In this document: positions 36,178-45,090 of the stretch, piece after piece
Layout: every line of letters begins with the position of its first letter
Position numbering within the stretch: position 1 is the stretch's first letter
DNA from: Candidatus Poribacteria bacterium
GTDB taxonomy: Bacteria; Poribacteria; WGA-4E; WGA-3G
Assembly: GCA_009845545.1 (NCBI GenBank)
Contig: VXZK01000391.1
Span: forward strand, 1-50,729
DNA: 50,729 nucleotides
Direction: 5' to 3'
Notes under the pieces: model-generated
Told to the model about the DNA's origin: nothing
What the model saw: only the letters and a program-made list of their open reading frames with translations
The model's database searches: none
Position numbers and translations under genes: made by a program

Positions 36178-37431
36178 TTAAAACGGGAACAGATTGCCTG
36201 CAGCATCAAACGCAAACGGCTTCGTTTCACCGATAACCTCTAATCTTGAATGCAGCTTCGCATCTTCAAGCAGCACCTCAGAGATGTCGAGGTTCGTCAA
36301 TCTCAACGTGCTCTCAATACGGATGACCCGTGCATCTTCCGGTTCCGTGAGACCGATAGTGTCCAATGCCACTTCGATCGCTTCACGGTCGGTATCGTAG
36401 TAGAACGGGATTTTCGACTTCTGCGGTCCCAGCGCGGTGATACCGTTCATGTAAGTCGAGTGCCGGTCAATCTTATCTACAAGGCGGGTCGTTGTGAAAT
36501 CGGCAAGTCCGATACCCGTGGCGTTGCCATCGCTCTCTTCCGTGAGATCCCGGACGAATATACGGAGGATCGCGGGTTTCGCAGGCTCTGGTTCAAAGTT
36601 CTGCATCATCCGACCGATGACGTTCGTATCCATACCCGTGCCGCTGATATTTTTCCCTGTCCAATCCACGATCAACAGGTCGAGTTCATCGAACGGGAGT
36701 CGTCCCATCAGCGATTTCGCCTCAACGAGCAGTTCACGTTCGTTTTGAAGAAGTTGCGCGGCAGGCATCGCTACTGCTTTCGCGGTATCTTCGTGTGCGT
36801 TCTCAATTAATCCCAAACCGAAGGTGATTTTTCCGGTGTCGAGAATAAACCCACCGACTGCCATGATGACGTGTTCAAAACTGTACTGGAAGAAGGCGCG
36901 ATGATAGAGGTTTGCACCCTGCTGTTTGCCGAGTCCGATCACCATCATCTTCATCAAGCCGCTCTCGATGGAGCCATTGAAATCTGTGTGTGCCTTGATA
37001 CGATTGACCGGAACGACGTGGTCCGCTTCAGCGGCATATCGATCAAAGAAAACCGGTAAGCCATCCGCCGTTTTGCCGAGTTCCACGACCTCCATTGTCG
37101 CTTTCACCGGTGCACCGACAGTTTCTTCGGTGATACCGTAATGCGCCAATACGCTCCGCTGTCCTTCAGCGGTTGCACCGCCGTGGCTTCCCATCGCTGG
37201 AACCACAAACGGTTTTGCGCCGAGTCCTTTGAGGTAATCAACCGTTGCCTTGACGGCGATATCAACATTTGCGACACCGCGGCTGCCAGCGGTAATCGCG
37301 ACAGTCTCGCCCGGTTTGACAAGAGTAGCGGCGTTAATCCGATCTAATTCTGTGTGGATTGCTGCAGGAAGGTCCGTAAGAACAGGTGCTTCAAACTGCT
37401 GTTGAATCCGTGTCATTTTTGGAAGTGCCAT
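36178..37431 (-). CDS. LarA-like/DUF2088-type protein (putative nickel-pincer-dependent racemase/epimerase family)
   Basis: ITAGSRG, PAMGSHGGAT and NRIKAHTDFNGSIESGLMKM parallel the LarA blocks SDHTRP, ATGFHR and EGFIESHFFAGFSGG. The start is set at MALPK because the longer ORF would overlap the divergent promoter. Assignment is tentative. Confidence 0.45.
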   Translation of the reverse strand: MALPKMTRIQQQFEAPVLTDLPAAIHTELDRINAATLVKPGETVAITAGSRGVANVDIAVKATVDYLKGLGAKPFVVPAMGSHGGATAEGQRSVLAHYGITEETVGAPVKATMEVVELGKTADGLPVFFDRYAAEADHVVPVNRIKAHTDFNGSIESGLMKMMVIGLGKQQGANLYHRAFFQYSFEHVIMAVGGFILDTGKITFGLGLIENAHEDTAKAVAMPAAQLLQNERELLVEAKSLMGRLPFDELDLLIVDWTGKNISGTGMDTNVIGRMMQNFEPEPAKPAILRIFVRDLTEESDGNATGIGLADFTTTRLVDKIDRHSTYMNGITALGPQKSKIPFYYDTDREAIEVALDTIGLTEPEDARVIRIESTLRLTNLDISEVLLEDAKLHSRLEVIGETKPFAFDAAGNLFPF

Positions 37432-37544
37432 GCGTTTCCATCCTTTATATTTTACCTGTGGGTGGAATTTAAAGGCAATTTTATCAGAAACGGAATAAGA
37501 ATTCAAGGTAAATATCGAATGCGGACAGAGCCATTCGGTATTGC

Positions 37545-37573
37545 TTGATAGCAATACAGATGTGTGCTAAAAT
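37545..37573 (+). promoter_or_regulatory. Sigma-70 promoter TTGATA-N17-TAAAAT for the first WD40 gene
   Basis: ttgata at 37545-37550 and taaaat at 37568-37573, about 70 nt upstream of the ATG at 37646. Confidence 0.6.
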
Positions 37574-37645
37574 TTAAGCGTCAAAAATACTACCCTTACA
37601 GGGACGAAATTTCTTTCGAGACAACCGATAAGAGAAAAGAAAACG

Positions 37646-39529
37646 ATGAAAACAGTGAGATGTTTTAACATGACCCTTATGCTCTTGTTAATCGTTGGCT
37701 TCTGTCAATCCAACGGTTTTGCACAAGAATATGTCCGGTGGCAGCTGCCACAAGGTGCCATCGCGCGTTTGGGAAAAGGAAAAATAAATGAGGTTAAATA
37801 TTCACCCGATGGCAACACAATCGCAGTGGCGAGCAGCATCGGAATCTGGCTTTACAACGCGCACACCGGTGCGGAATTAGCACTGATGACGGGACACACA
37901 CGCAACGTCTACTGTGTCGCCTTCAGTCCAGACGGACAAACGTTAGCAAGCGGGAGTAGCGACAGCACGATTCGATTGTGGGATATACAGATACAAAGGC
38001 GGAAGGCGACCCTCGCTGGACACAGAAGCCGGGTGAGAGCCGTTGCCTTCAGTCCGGATGGTGACACGCTGGCAAGTACAGGGGCAGATGATACAGTGCG
38101 TTTATGGAGTCTTCGCCTCAAAAGGCTTAAGAAGATGCTCATTGGACATACAGATGGTGGACGGACAGTCGCGTTCAGTCCAGATGGCAAGGTGCTTGCG
38201 AGTGGGAGTGAGGATAGCACAATTCGGTTATGGGATGCCCACACCGGACACCCTTTGAAAACCGTGACAGGTCACAAACGAGCCGTAACTTCTATCGCGT
38301 TCAGTCCGGATGGACAAACGTTCGTCAGTGGTTGTGACGATAGCACAATTGGGGTATGGGACACACGTACTGGAGAACAACTACAGCACCTCCTCGGACA
38401 CACGTGGTATATTGCATCGGTGGTCTTTTTACCAGATGGAGAGACGGTCGTCAGTGTGAGTTGGGATAACGCTGTTCATCTGTGGAATCCGTACACCGGC
38501 AAACTCCTGCGAAGACTTAAGGCGCACACAGGCCCCGTCGTCTCAGCGACGTATGCTCCGAACGGAGAGACGCTCGTCAGTGGAAGTCACGATGGGACAA
38601 TTCGTTTCTGGAATACACAGACGTGGGAAGCGAAAAATACCATCGCTGGACATACGGGCGAGGTCAAGGCGGTCGCGTTTTCACCCGATGGACAGACAAT
38701 TGCAAGTGGGAATACAAGACACACGATTGATTTGTGGGATGCCAAAACCGGTGAACACAAAAACACACTCACCGGACACGGTTGGACAGTTGCTGCTGTC
38801 GCCTTTAGTCCCGATGGCAGCACACTTGCGAGCGGCAGCTGGGATAATAATATCCACTTGTGGGATCCAGAGACAGGGGAACACAAACAGACACTGAGTG
38901 GCCATTGGGATTACGTTGTAGCATTGGCGTTTTCGCCGGATGGGAACAGACTCGCGAGTGGGAGTAATGATGATACCGCTCGGTTGTGGGGCGCGAAAAC
39001 CGGCACCCCCTTGCATATCCTCAAAGGACATACAGGAGATGTCAGAGCCATCGCGTTTTCACCCGATGGCAGGACACTCGCAAGTGGCGATGGAAATGCT
39101 AACGAGATCCGTTTATGGGATGGACGTGCCGGAAGACACAAACTGACGCTTGAGGGGCATAGTAACGATATTACAGGGCTCGCCTTTAGTCCTGATGGTA
39201 GCACGCTTGCGAGTGCTTGTGACGATCGAACAGTAGGGGTATGGAACGCATATACCGGGCGGAACATACAGATGCTCAGAGGGCACACGACGTACGTTTT
39301 AACAGTAGCGTATGCACCTGATGGCGACACGCTCGCCAGCGCAAGTTGGGACATGATGGTTCGCTTGTGGGATACCAAAACTCGGAGACCTAAGTCAGGC
39401 TTGATTGGACACACAGGGTACGTTTTATCGATTGCGTACGCGCCTGACGGACGGACACTTGCCAGTGGTAGTGCTGATGGCACAGTGCTTTTGTGGGATA
39501 TGACACGGTTCCAGCCAAAAACTGATTAA
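37646..39529 (+). CDS. Secreted WD40-repeat protein (two seven-bladed propellers' worth of repeats)
   Basis: 627 aa with the signal peptide MTLMLLLIVGFCQSNGFAQE. About 14 units follow, of the form GHTxxVxxVAFSPDGxTLASGSxDxTIRLWD. Confidence 0.92.
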   Translation: MKTVRCFNMTLMLLLIVGFCQSNGFAQEYVRWQLPQGAIARLGKGKINEVKYSPDGNTIAVASSIGIWLYNAHTGAELALMTGHTRNVYCVAFSPDGQTLASGSSDSTIRLWDIQIQRRKATLAGHRSRVRAVAFSPDGDTLASTGADDTVRLWSLRLKRLKKMLIGHTDGGRTVAFSPDGKVLASGSEDSTIRLWDAHTGHPLKTVTGHKRAVTSIAFSPDGQTFVSGCDDSTIGVWDTRTGEQLQHLLGHTWYIASVVFLPDGETVVSVSWDNAVHLWNPYTGKLLRRLKAHTGPVVSATYAPNGETLVSGSHDGTIRFWNTQTWEAKNTIAGHTGEVKAVAFSPDGQTIASGNTRHTIDLWDAKTGEHKNTLTGHGWTVAAVAFSPDGSTLASGSWDNNIHLWDPETGEHKQTLSGHWDYVVALAFSPDGNRLASGSNDDTARLWGAKTGTPLHILKGHTGDVRAIAFSPDGRTLASGDGNANEIRLWDGRAGRHKLTLEGHSNDITGLAFSPDGSTLASACDDRTVGVWNAYTGRNIQMLRGHTTYVLTVAYAPDGDTLASASWDMMVRLWDTKTRRPKSGLIGHTGYVLSIAYAPDGRTLASGSADGTVLLWDMTRFQPKTD

Positions 39530-39631
39530 AGTTAGCGGTCAGCCTTCAGCATGCTTCGCAGTGAGAATGATCAGTAAGTGTCGCTCCTACAAGAGAAGTC
39601 CGCGATTAGAATCAAAATTACAGGAGAACTA

Positions 39632-41517
39632 ATGAAAAACCTGAATTTGCTTTCTATGCTGATAATCCTTATTCTTCTACTGTCGTTTTCAAGCAGCGTT
39701 GCCCAAGAATACACGCGATGGCATCTCCCTGAAGGGGCTATCGTCCGTTTTGGAAAAGGGAGAATCTATGGGGGTGTGACATATTTTCCGGATGGGACGC
39801 GACTTGCTGTCAAAAGTTCAATTGGCACTTGGATCTATGACGTAGACACCGGAAAAGAGGTTGAACTACTGACGGGTGATATGTGGGATACTGGTGCTAT
39901 GGCATTTAGTCCTGACGGAAAAACATTTGCTGTCGCAAGCGGCAATAACATCCATTTGTTGGACCCAGACACGAAAAACCAGAGAGATGTCCTCACGGGA
40001 CACACGTCTTCTGTCTATACGTTAGCATTCGGTCCGACCGGGGAAACACTCGCCAGTGGCAGTCGAGATACCACAGTTAGACTCTGGGATGTCCATACCG
40101 GTGAATTGCTGCAAACCCTCATAGGACATACAGATAGAGTCATATCCGTGGTATATTCACCTGATGGAAAGACACTTGCGAGTGTCGCGGGTTTTGAAGA
40201 TAACACGGTATGTTTATGGAATGTGCAAACAGGGCAACTCCTGCAAACGATTACCGAACATCCGGATAGAGTCTACCGTGTTGCTTACTCCCCTGATAGC
40301 CTGACACTTGCCAGTGGCGGACGCGATGCCAAGATCTGTGGAATGTCCATACCGGTGAACTCACAAAAACCATTACGACCGATATGAGGTCCGTTACTTC
40401 CGTTGTTTATTCATCTGATGGTGGCACACTTGCCAGCGGGAGTTGGTCGAATAACAATATCTATTTGTGGGATGTTCACACAGGCGAACTTCTGAAAACA
40501 TTGACGGGACATACCGACTCGGTTGATTCTCTCGGGTACGCGCCTAATGGTAAGACGCTTACCAGTGAAAGTGAAGACGGGACAATCCGATTTTGGGATG
40601 CTGACACCGGTGAACTGCTGAAAACTATCAGTGGACACACGTTTTTCGCAAGGGCGGTGACATTTTCACCGGATGGCCGCACACTTGTGAGTAGTGAGAT
40701 GGCAGACAATACAATTACCCTGCGAGATGTTCAAACTGGGGAAATTTTAAAAACACTTGCCGGGCATACAGAACACCTCAATTCTGTAGCATATTCGCCG
40801 GATGGAAAGATCTTGGCAAGTGGAAGTTGGGATGGACAAATTCGGCTGTGGAACGGGCAGACCGGAGAACTTCTGAAACTCCTCACTGGACATGAGAGAG
40901 GCGTTCCTGCGCTCTCATTTTCAATGGATGGGACAACCCTGGCGAGCGGAAGTTGGGATAACTCAGTCTATTTGTGGTATGTGCCAACTGGACACATCTT
41001 ACAAACCATCACCGGAAACATCACGGCATCAGAACGAAACAATGGAGTCAGATCTATTTCGCTTAACGCTGATGGGCGGACCCTTGCTGTGGCAACTGAC
41101 GAGAAAATAATTCGACTCTGGGATATTCACACAGGCAAAGTTAAAATGGAACTCATAGGACCTGAGCGGACGGTTGTTGCTGTTGCATATTCACCAAATG
41201 GATCAGTGCTCGCGAGTGGTGGCGATGACCGCAAAATTCGGTTATGGGATGCTGCTTCTGGCGAATTAGTGTCCATTTTTCCAAACCAGTCGGACGTGAT
41301 CGTGTCTATAGCATTCAGTCCAGATGGACAGACAATTGCAAGTGGAACTGTGAAGGATATCTATATCTCAGATGTAGCGACAGCCAAGCACATAGCAATC
41401 CTTACTGGACATAAGCGTCCGATTCGGTCCGTAGCGTTTAGTCCTGATGGGAAGATGCTCGCCAGTGGCAGTGATGATTGCACGGTAATATTATGGGATT
41501 TGACGCAGCTCCGATAA
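39632..41517 (+). pseudogene. Paralogous secreted WD40-repeat gene interrupted by a 1-nt frameshift near 40335
   Basis: ORFs 39578-40387 and 40384-41517 together reproduce the paralog's architecture. At 40331-40345 (aagatctgtggaatg) the expected ...DAKI(x)LWNVHTGEL... continues only in the -1 frame. The signal peptide MKNLNLLSMLIILILLLSFSSSVAQE starts at 39632 behind aggaga. Confidence 0.75.
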
Positions 41518-41603
41518 AGTAAATTTGAACAGAGCCATTCAGTTCTCGGTTTTTTTATCCAATTTTGGACCCCCGGGGTCCCCGCCCGTTACTGAGAAGG
41601 GGA

Positions 41604-41634
41604 CCCGGTAGGTGCGGTTTCTAACCGCATCGGG
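41604..41634 (-). repeat. Solo hairpin module of the repeat family
   Basis: The sequence is cccggtaggtgcggtttctaaccgcatcggg. It is preceded by the 14-bp palindrome ggaccccggggtcc. Confidence 0.7.
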
Positions 41635-41719
41635 CTTCACCAAAAAATTACCGAATTAAAAAATTAATCTTCATGAAACCCCGCCAGCGAAGATCAGTGC
41701 TTGGAGCAATGGGTGTTCT

Positions 41720-43126
41720 CTAAAAGGGTGTTCCGCGCGTTGTTAGCGCACACCAGCGCGAAGTAAATAGATGATTGAAAAGCGCGTCCTGTGCCTCTGG
41801 CGTTTGAATCTGCTTTAACGCCAATGCAGCATGGAAACGGACATATCGGTCTTCATCCTCAAGTTGCGCTACAAGCGCGGGCATCGCCGGTTCAGCAAGC
41901 GTTCCGAATTTCGCTAAGGCACGGGCAGCGTTATCGCGAACAGGAAGATAGGCATCGCTCAACCCGGTTGCCAAGACCTGCACAGTCTCAGACACATCCA
42001 TCTCGTCAGACACCAGTTGTCCAATGAGTCCCAACCCCTCTGTAGCGTGTCGCCGGACCGATTCGGAGGGGTCTTGTGCAGCACGTATCAACGCAGGCAG
42101 TGCCTCTTGCGCGGCTTTTCCCATATCCGCTAAGGCGAACGCTGCGCTTGCCCGCACTGAATCGTCGGTCTCTTGCAGGGCATCAATAAGCGTCGGAACA
42201 GCGGGTGCACCAGTGAGGCTTAAAGCATATCCTGCATACTCGCGAATGACATTAGATTCACTGTGTAACATCTGCTGCAAAGCAGGCACGGCATCGGCAC
42301 CGACCCGTCCCAACCGATACGCGGAATTTAGCCTCTCTTTTTCATTATCGCTATCGAAGGTTTCAATGAGGGTATCCACTTCAACGTCCGAAACACCGTT
42401 GGCAGTTCCGTTCTGTTTCCCGTAGTACCAATCCCATACCGACTCCCATAATTCCGGATGCTCAGATGCTTCGTCGTTGCCGAGAGCGTTCCAGTCGGGG
42501 GTATCATTCTGCCATAAAGGTGCTTGTGGCTCATCGAGTCGGATAAAGAGAAACTTCAACATATACCGTTTTTTGTCGCTCCGATTCGGCATCGCCCGAT
42601 GCCATAAGTCGTAGTGGACAATTGTCACAGTGCCTGCTTCGCCACAGAGTGCCATTTCTGGCTGTTCATGGGCACTTTCACCCGTCTCATAATACTGTGA
42701 GCCGGGTAGGACAGCAGTAGCTCCCATATCTTCCGTGACATCTTGCGGATAATAAAATGCCATCGTCCACCGGCACCGGTGCCGACGAATCTGTTCGTCA
42801 CCTGCGTAGCTATCTTTATGGAAATTCTGCCCTTCGCTCCCCTGTTGATTAAAATGGCAGTAACGGTGTGGATGCATGACGTAGTCTGCGCCGAGTACGC
42901 CTTGCATCGCACCGTGAACAACCGGATGATCAAAAACTTCTTGAATTTCTGGGATGGCTGGCAGCAAATTGTTCCCCAAATTCCCGGTTTCCTCAAACAT
43001 TGTATCCAATTGCTGGCAAATATTCTCATGAAAACTCGGCGGGAAATCGGTCTTTACCTTGACATAGCCGTTAATGATGAAATCCCGCATCTCTTCATCG
43101 GTGAGTTGCAGTGTCGGTCTATTCAT
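41720..43126 (-). CDS. Phytanoyl-CoA dioxygenase (PhyH)-like Fe(II)/2OG oxygenase fused to C-terminal HEAT repeats, paralog 1
   Basis: N-terminal PhyH-type block with HKDSY..D and VHYDLWHRA (HxD...H triad candidates). The C-terminal ~220 aa are PBS-lyase-type HEAT repeats (VR..A..AL..). The start is set at ATG 43126, 9 nt after GAGGAGG. Confidence 0.75.
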   Translation of the reverse strand: MNRPTLQLTDEEMRDFIINGYVKVKTDFPPSFHENICQQLDTMFEETGNLGNNLLPAIPEIQEVFDHPVVHGAMQGVLGADYVMHPHRYCHFNQQGSEGQNFHKDSYAGDEQIRRHRCRWTMAFYYPQDVTEDMGATAVLPGSQYYETGESAHEQPEMALCGEAGTVTIVHYDLWHRAMPNRSDKKRYMLKFLFIRLDEPQAPLWQNDTPDWNALGNDEASEHPELWESVWDWYYGKQNGTANGVSDVEVDTLIETFDSDNEKERLNSAYRLGRVGADAVPALQQMLHSESNVIREYAGYALSLTGAPAVPTLIDALQETDDSVRASAAFALADMGKAAQEALPALIRAAQDPSESVRRHATEGLGLIGQLVSDEMDVSETVQVLATGLSDAYLPVRDNAARALAKFGTLAEPAMPALVAQLEDEDRYVRFHAALALKQIQTPEAQDALFNHLFTSRWCALTTRGTPF

Positions 43127-43193
43127 CTCGCGCACCTCCTCTATTCCTTATGACAGAGAACCAAATTTGATTAGGGCATTTAAGGGCTGTACG

Positions 43194-44588
43194 CTAATAG
43201 GGCGTGCCCCGCGTTGTCAGTGCACACCACCGCGAAGCAAACAGGTGGTTGAAAAGCGCGTCCTGTGCTTCGGGGGTCTTAATCTGCTTTAACGCCAACG
43301 CTGCATGGAAACGGACATATCGGTTCTCATCTTCCAACTGCGCGACAAGCGTAGGAATTGCCTGTTCAGCGCGTGTGCCTAATTTCGCTAAGGCGCGGGC
43401 TGCATTATCGCGAATCCAGTAATAGTCGTCCTGCAATCCATTTGTTAGGACATCTACAGTCTCGGACAAATCCATCTCGTCGGAAACCTGTTGCCCGATT
43501 AATCCCAACGCTTCTGTAGCGTGTCGTCGAACCCATTCAGAAGGGTCTTGCGCGGCATGCGTTAAGGCAGGTATCGCCTCTTGCGCGGTTTTTCCCATAT
43601 CCGCCAAGGTATACGCAGCGGTTGCCCGCACCGAATCATCTGTTGTTTGCAATGCATCAATGAGTGTTGGAACAGCAGGTGCCCCGGTGAGACTCAACGC
43701 ATACCCGGCGTAGTTGCGGATGGCATCAGATTTACCCTGCAACGCCTGCTTTAAAGAAGGCACGGCAGCAGGACCAACCCGCCCTAAGCGATACGCGGCA
43801 TTTAGTCTTTCTCTTTCATTATCGCTGTCTAAAGTTTCGATGAGGGTCTCCACTTCATTGTGAGAAACGCCGTTGGCAATGCCGTTCTGTTTGCCATAGT
43901 ACCAATTCCACAACGATCCCCATAATTCTGGATGTTCAGATTCTTCGATGTTGTGCCAGTTAGCCGTATCACTATTCCACGTGGGTGTTTGTGGTTCACC
44001 GAGTCGGGAAAAGAGGAATTTCACCATGTAGCGTTTCTTGTCGCTCCGATTCGGGGTTGCGCGGTGCCATAGGTCGTAGTGGACGATTGTAACCGTGCCT
44101 GCCTCACCACAGAGCGAAAGGTCCGGCTGTTCATGTGCGCTTTCACCCGTCTCGTAATACTGTGAACCGGGCAGGACAGCGGTGGGTCCCATATCTTCCG
44201 TGACGTCCTGCGGATAATAGAACGCCATCGTCCAACGGCACCGATGCCGGCGGATCTGCTCATCGCCTTCATAGGTATCTTTATGGAAACCCTGTCCATC
44301 ACTCCCTTCAGGGTTGTAGTGGCAGTAGCGGTGTGGATGTAGGACGTAGTCTGGACCGAGTACGCCTTGCATTGCGCCGTGGACCACAGGATGGTCAAAA
44401 ACCTCTTGCATCTCAGGGATAAGTGGCAGGACGTTATTGCCTAAATTGCCCGTTTCAAACATTGCCTCAAGTTGTTCGTAAACATTTTCATGAAAGCTCG
44501 GCGGGAAATCCGGCTTCACCTTGATGTACCCGTTGATGATGAAATCCCGCATCTGTTCATCGGTGAGCTGCAGTACTGATCTGCTCAT
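43194..44588 (-). CDS. PhyH-like oxygenase-HEAT repeat fusion, paralog 2
   Basis: 464 aa, collinear with and mostly identical by eye to paralog 1, including the C-terminal tail SRWCALTTRGTPY. The Shine-Dalgarno sequence ggaggt precedes the ATG. Confidence 0.75.
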   Translation of the reverse strand: MSRSVLQLTDEQMRDFIINGYIKVKPDFPPSFHENVYEQLEAMFETGNLGNNVLPLIPEMQEVFDHPVVHGAMQGVLGPDYVLHPHRYCHYNPEGSDGQGFHKDTYEGDEQIRRHRCRWTMAFYYPQDVTEDMGPTAVLPGSQYYETGESAHEQPDLSLCGEAGTVTIVHYDLWHRATPNRSDKKRYMVKFLFSRLGEPQTPTWNSDTANWHNIEESEHPELWGSLWNWYYGKQNGIANGVSHNEVETLIETLDSDNERERLNAAYRLGRVGPAAVPSLKQALQGKSDAIRNYAGYALSLTGAPAVPTLIDALQTTDDSVRATAAYTLADMGKTAQEAIPALTHAAQDPSEWVRRHATEALGLIGQQVSDEMDLSETVDVLTNGLQDDYYWIRDNAARALAKLGTRAEQAIPTLVAQLEDENRYVRFHAALALKQIKTPEAQDALFNHLFASRWCALTTRGTPY

Positions 44589-44673
44589 CTGAGGAACCTC
44601 CGTTTACTCTTTTTCCAATTCGATTATAATGAGACTTCGGCATAATTTATCTGCTTCCAGAACACTGTGTTTG

Positions 44674-45012
44674 TCAGAGGTTTACGATCTGTTGCTTCAG
44701 CGTTTCTATTTCTTTTGTGAGTTCCTCTATTTTTCGGTCTCGCTCGCGGTTACCACTCTCGCGCAAAGTCAAGATCGCTTGTGGAATAACGACAGCGAGA
44801 ACAATAAGTGCTATCAGTCCAACTATGAGAGTTGTAACGAGTGAAAGCCTTTTATCAACACTCTCATTTTTTATGTTGATATACTCTTTTATCCGATCTT
44901 CGGACGCTCGTATTTTTGTATCAATTTTCTCGATATCTGCAACAGTTAACTCACCTACAGCGGGCAACACGACTGCACAGCACAATATGAAGAGCACAAG
45001 AATCGTTTTCAT
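44674..45012 (-). CDS. Small bitopic/secreted coiled-coil protein, unknown function
   Basis: 112 aa with a strong Shine-Dalgarno sequence (aaggaga), the signal-like N-terminus MKTILVLFILCCAVVLPAVG, a central TM helix LVTTLIVGLIALIVLAVVIP, and a charged helical tail. Confidence 0.5.
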   Translation of the reverse strand: MKTILVLFILCCAVVLPAVGELTVADIEKIDTKIRASEDRIKEYINIKNESVDKRLSLVTTLIVGLIALIVLAVVIPQAILTLRESGNRERDRKIEELTKEIETLKQQIVNL

Positions 45013-45090
45013 AGGTGTCTCCTTTTAGAGATAGTTAATCATATTTGTTCTGACGTGTCAATAACAAAATACTGATAATTAACAACTATT

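Noticed and set aside
37525-37539. 14/15-nt direct repeat acagagccattc(g/a)gt flanking the WD40 pair (second copy 41529-41543), as possible cassette boundaries.
   Set aside because: By rough estimate, a few matches of this length are expected by chance among all position pairs in 50 kb. There is no extended homology around either copy.
40331-40345. Programmed -1 ribosomal frameshift joining the two WD40 ORFs.
   Set aside because: There is no slippery X-XXY-YYZ heptamer at the junction (gcc aag atc tgt gga) and no evident downstream pseudoknot or hairpin. A simple 1-nt indel explains it.
41531-41560. T7 run after the WD40 pseudogene as an intrinsic terminator.
   Set aside because: The preceding stem is only 4 bp (gaac/gttc) and AT-poor in pairing. 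It is not convincing without transcript data.
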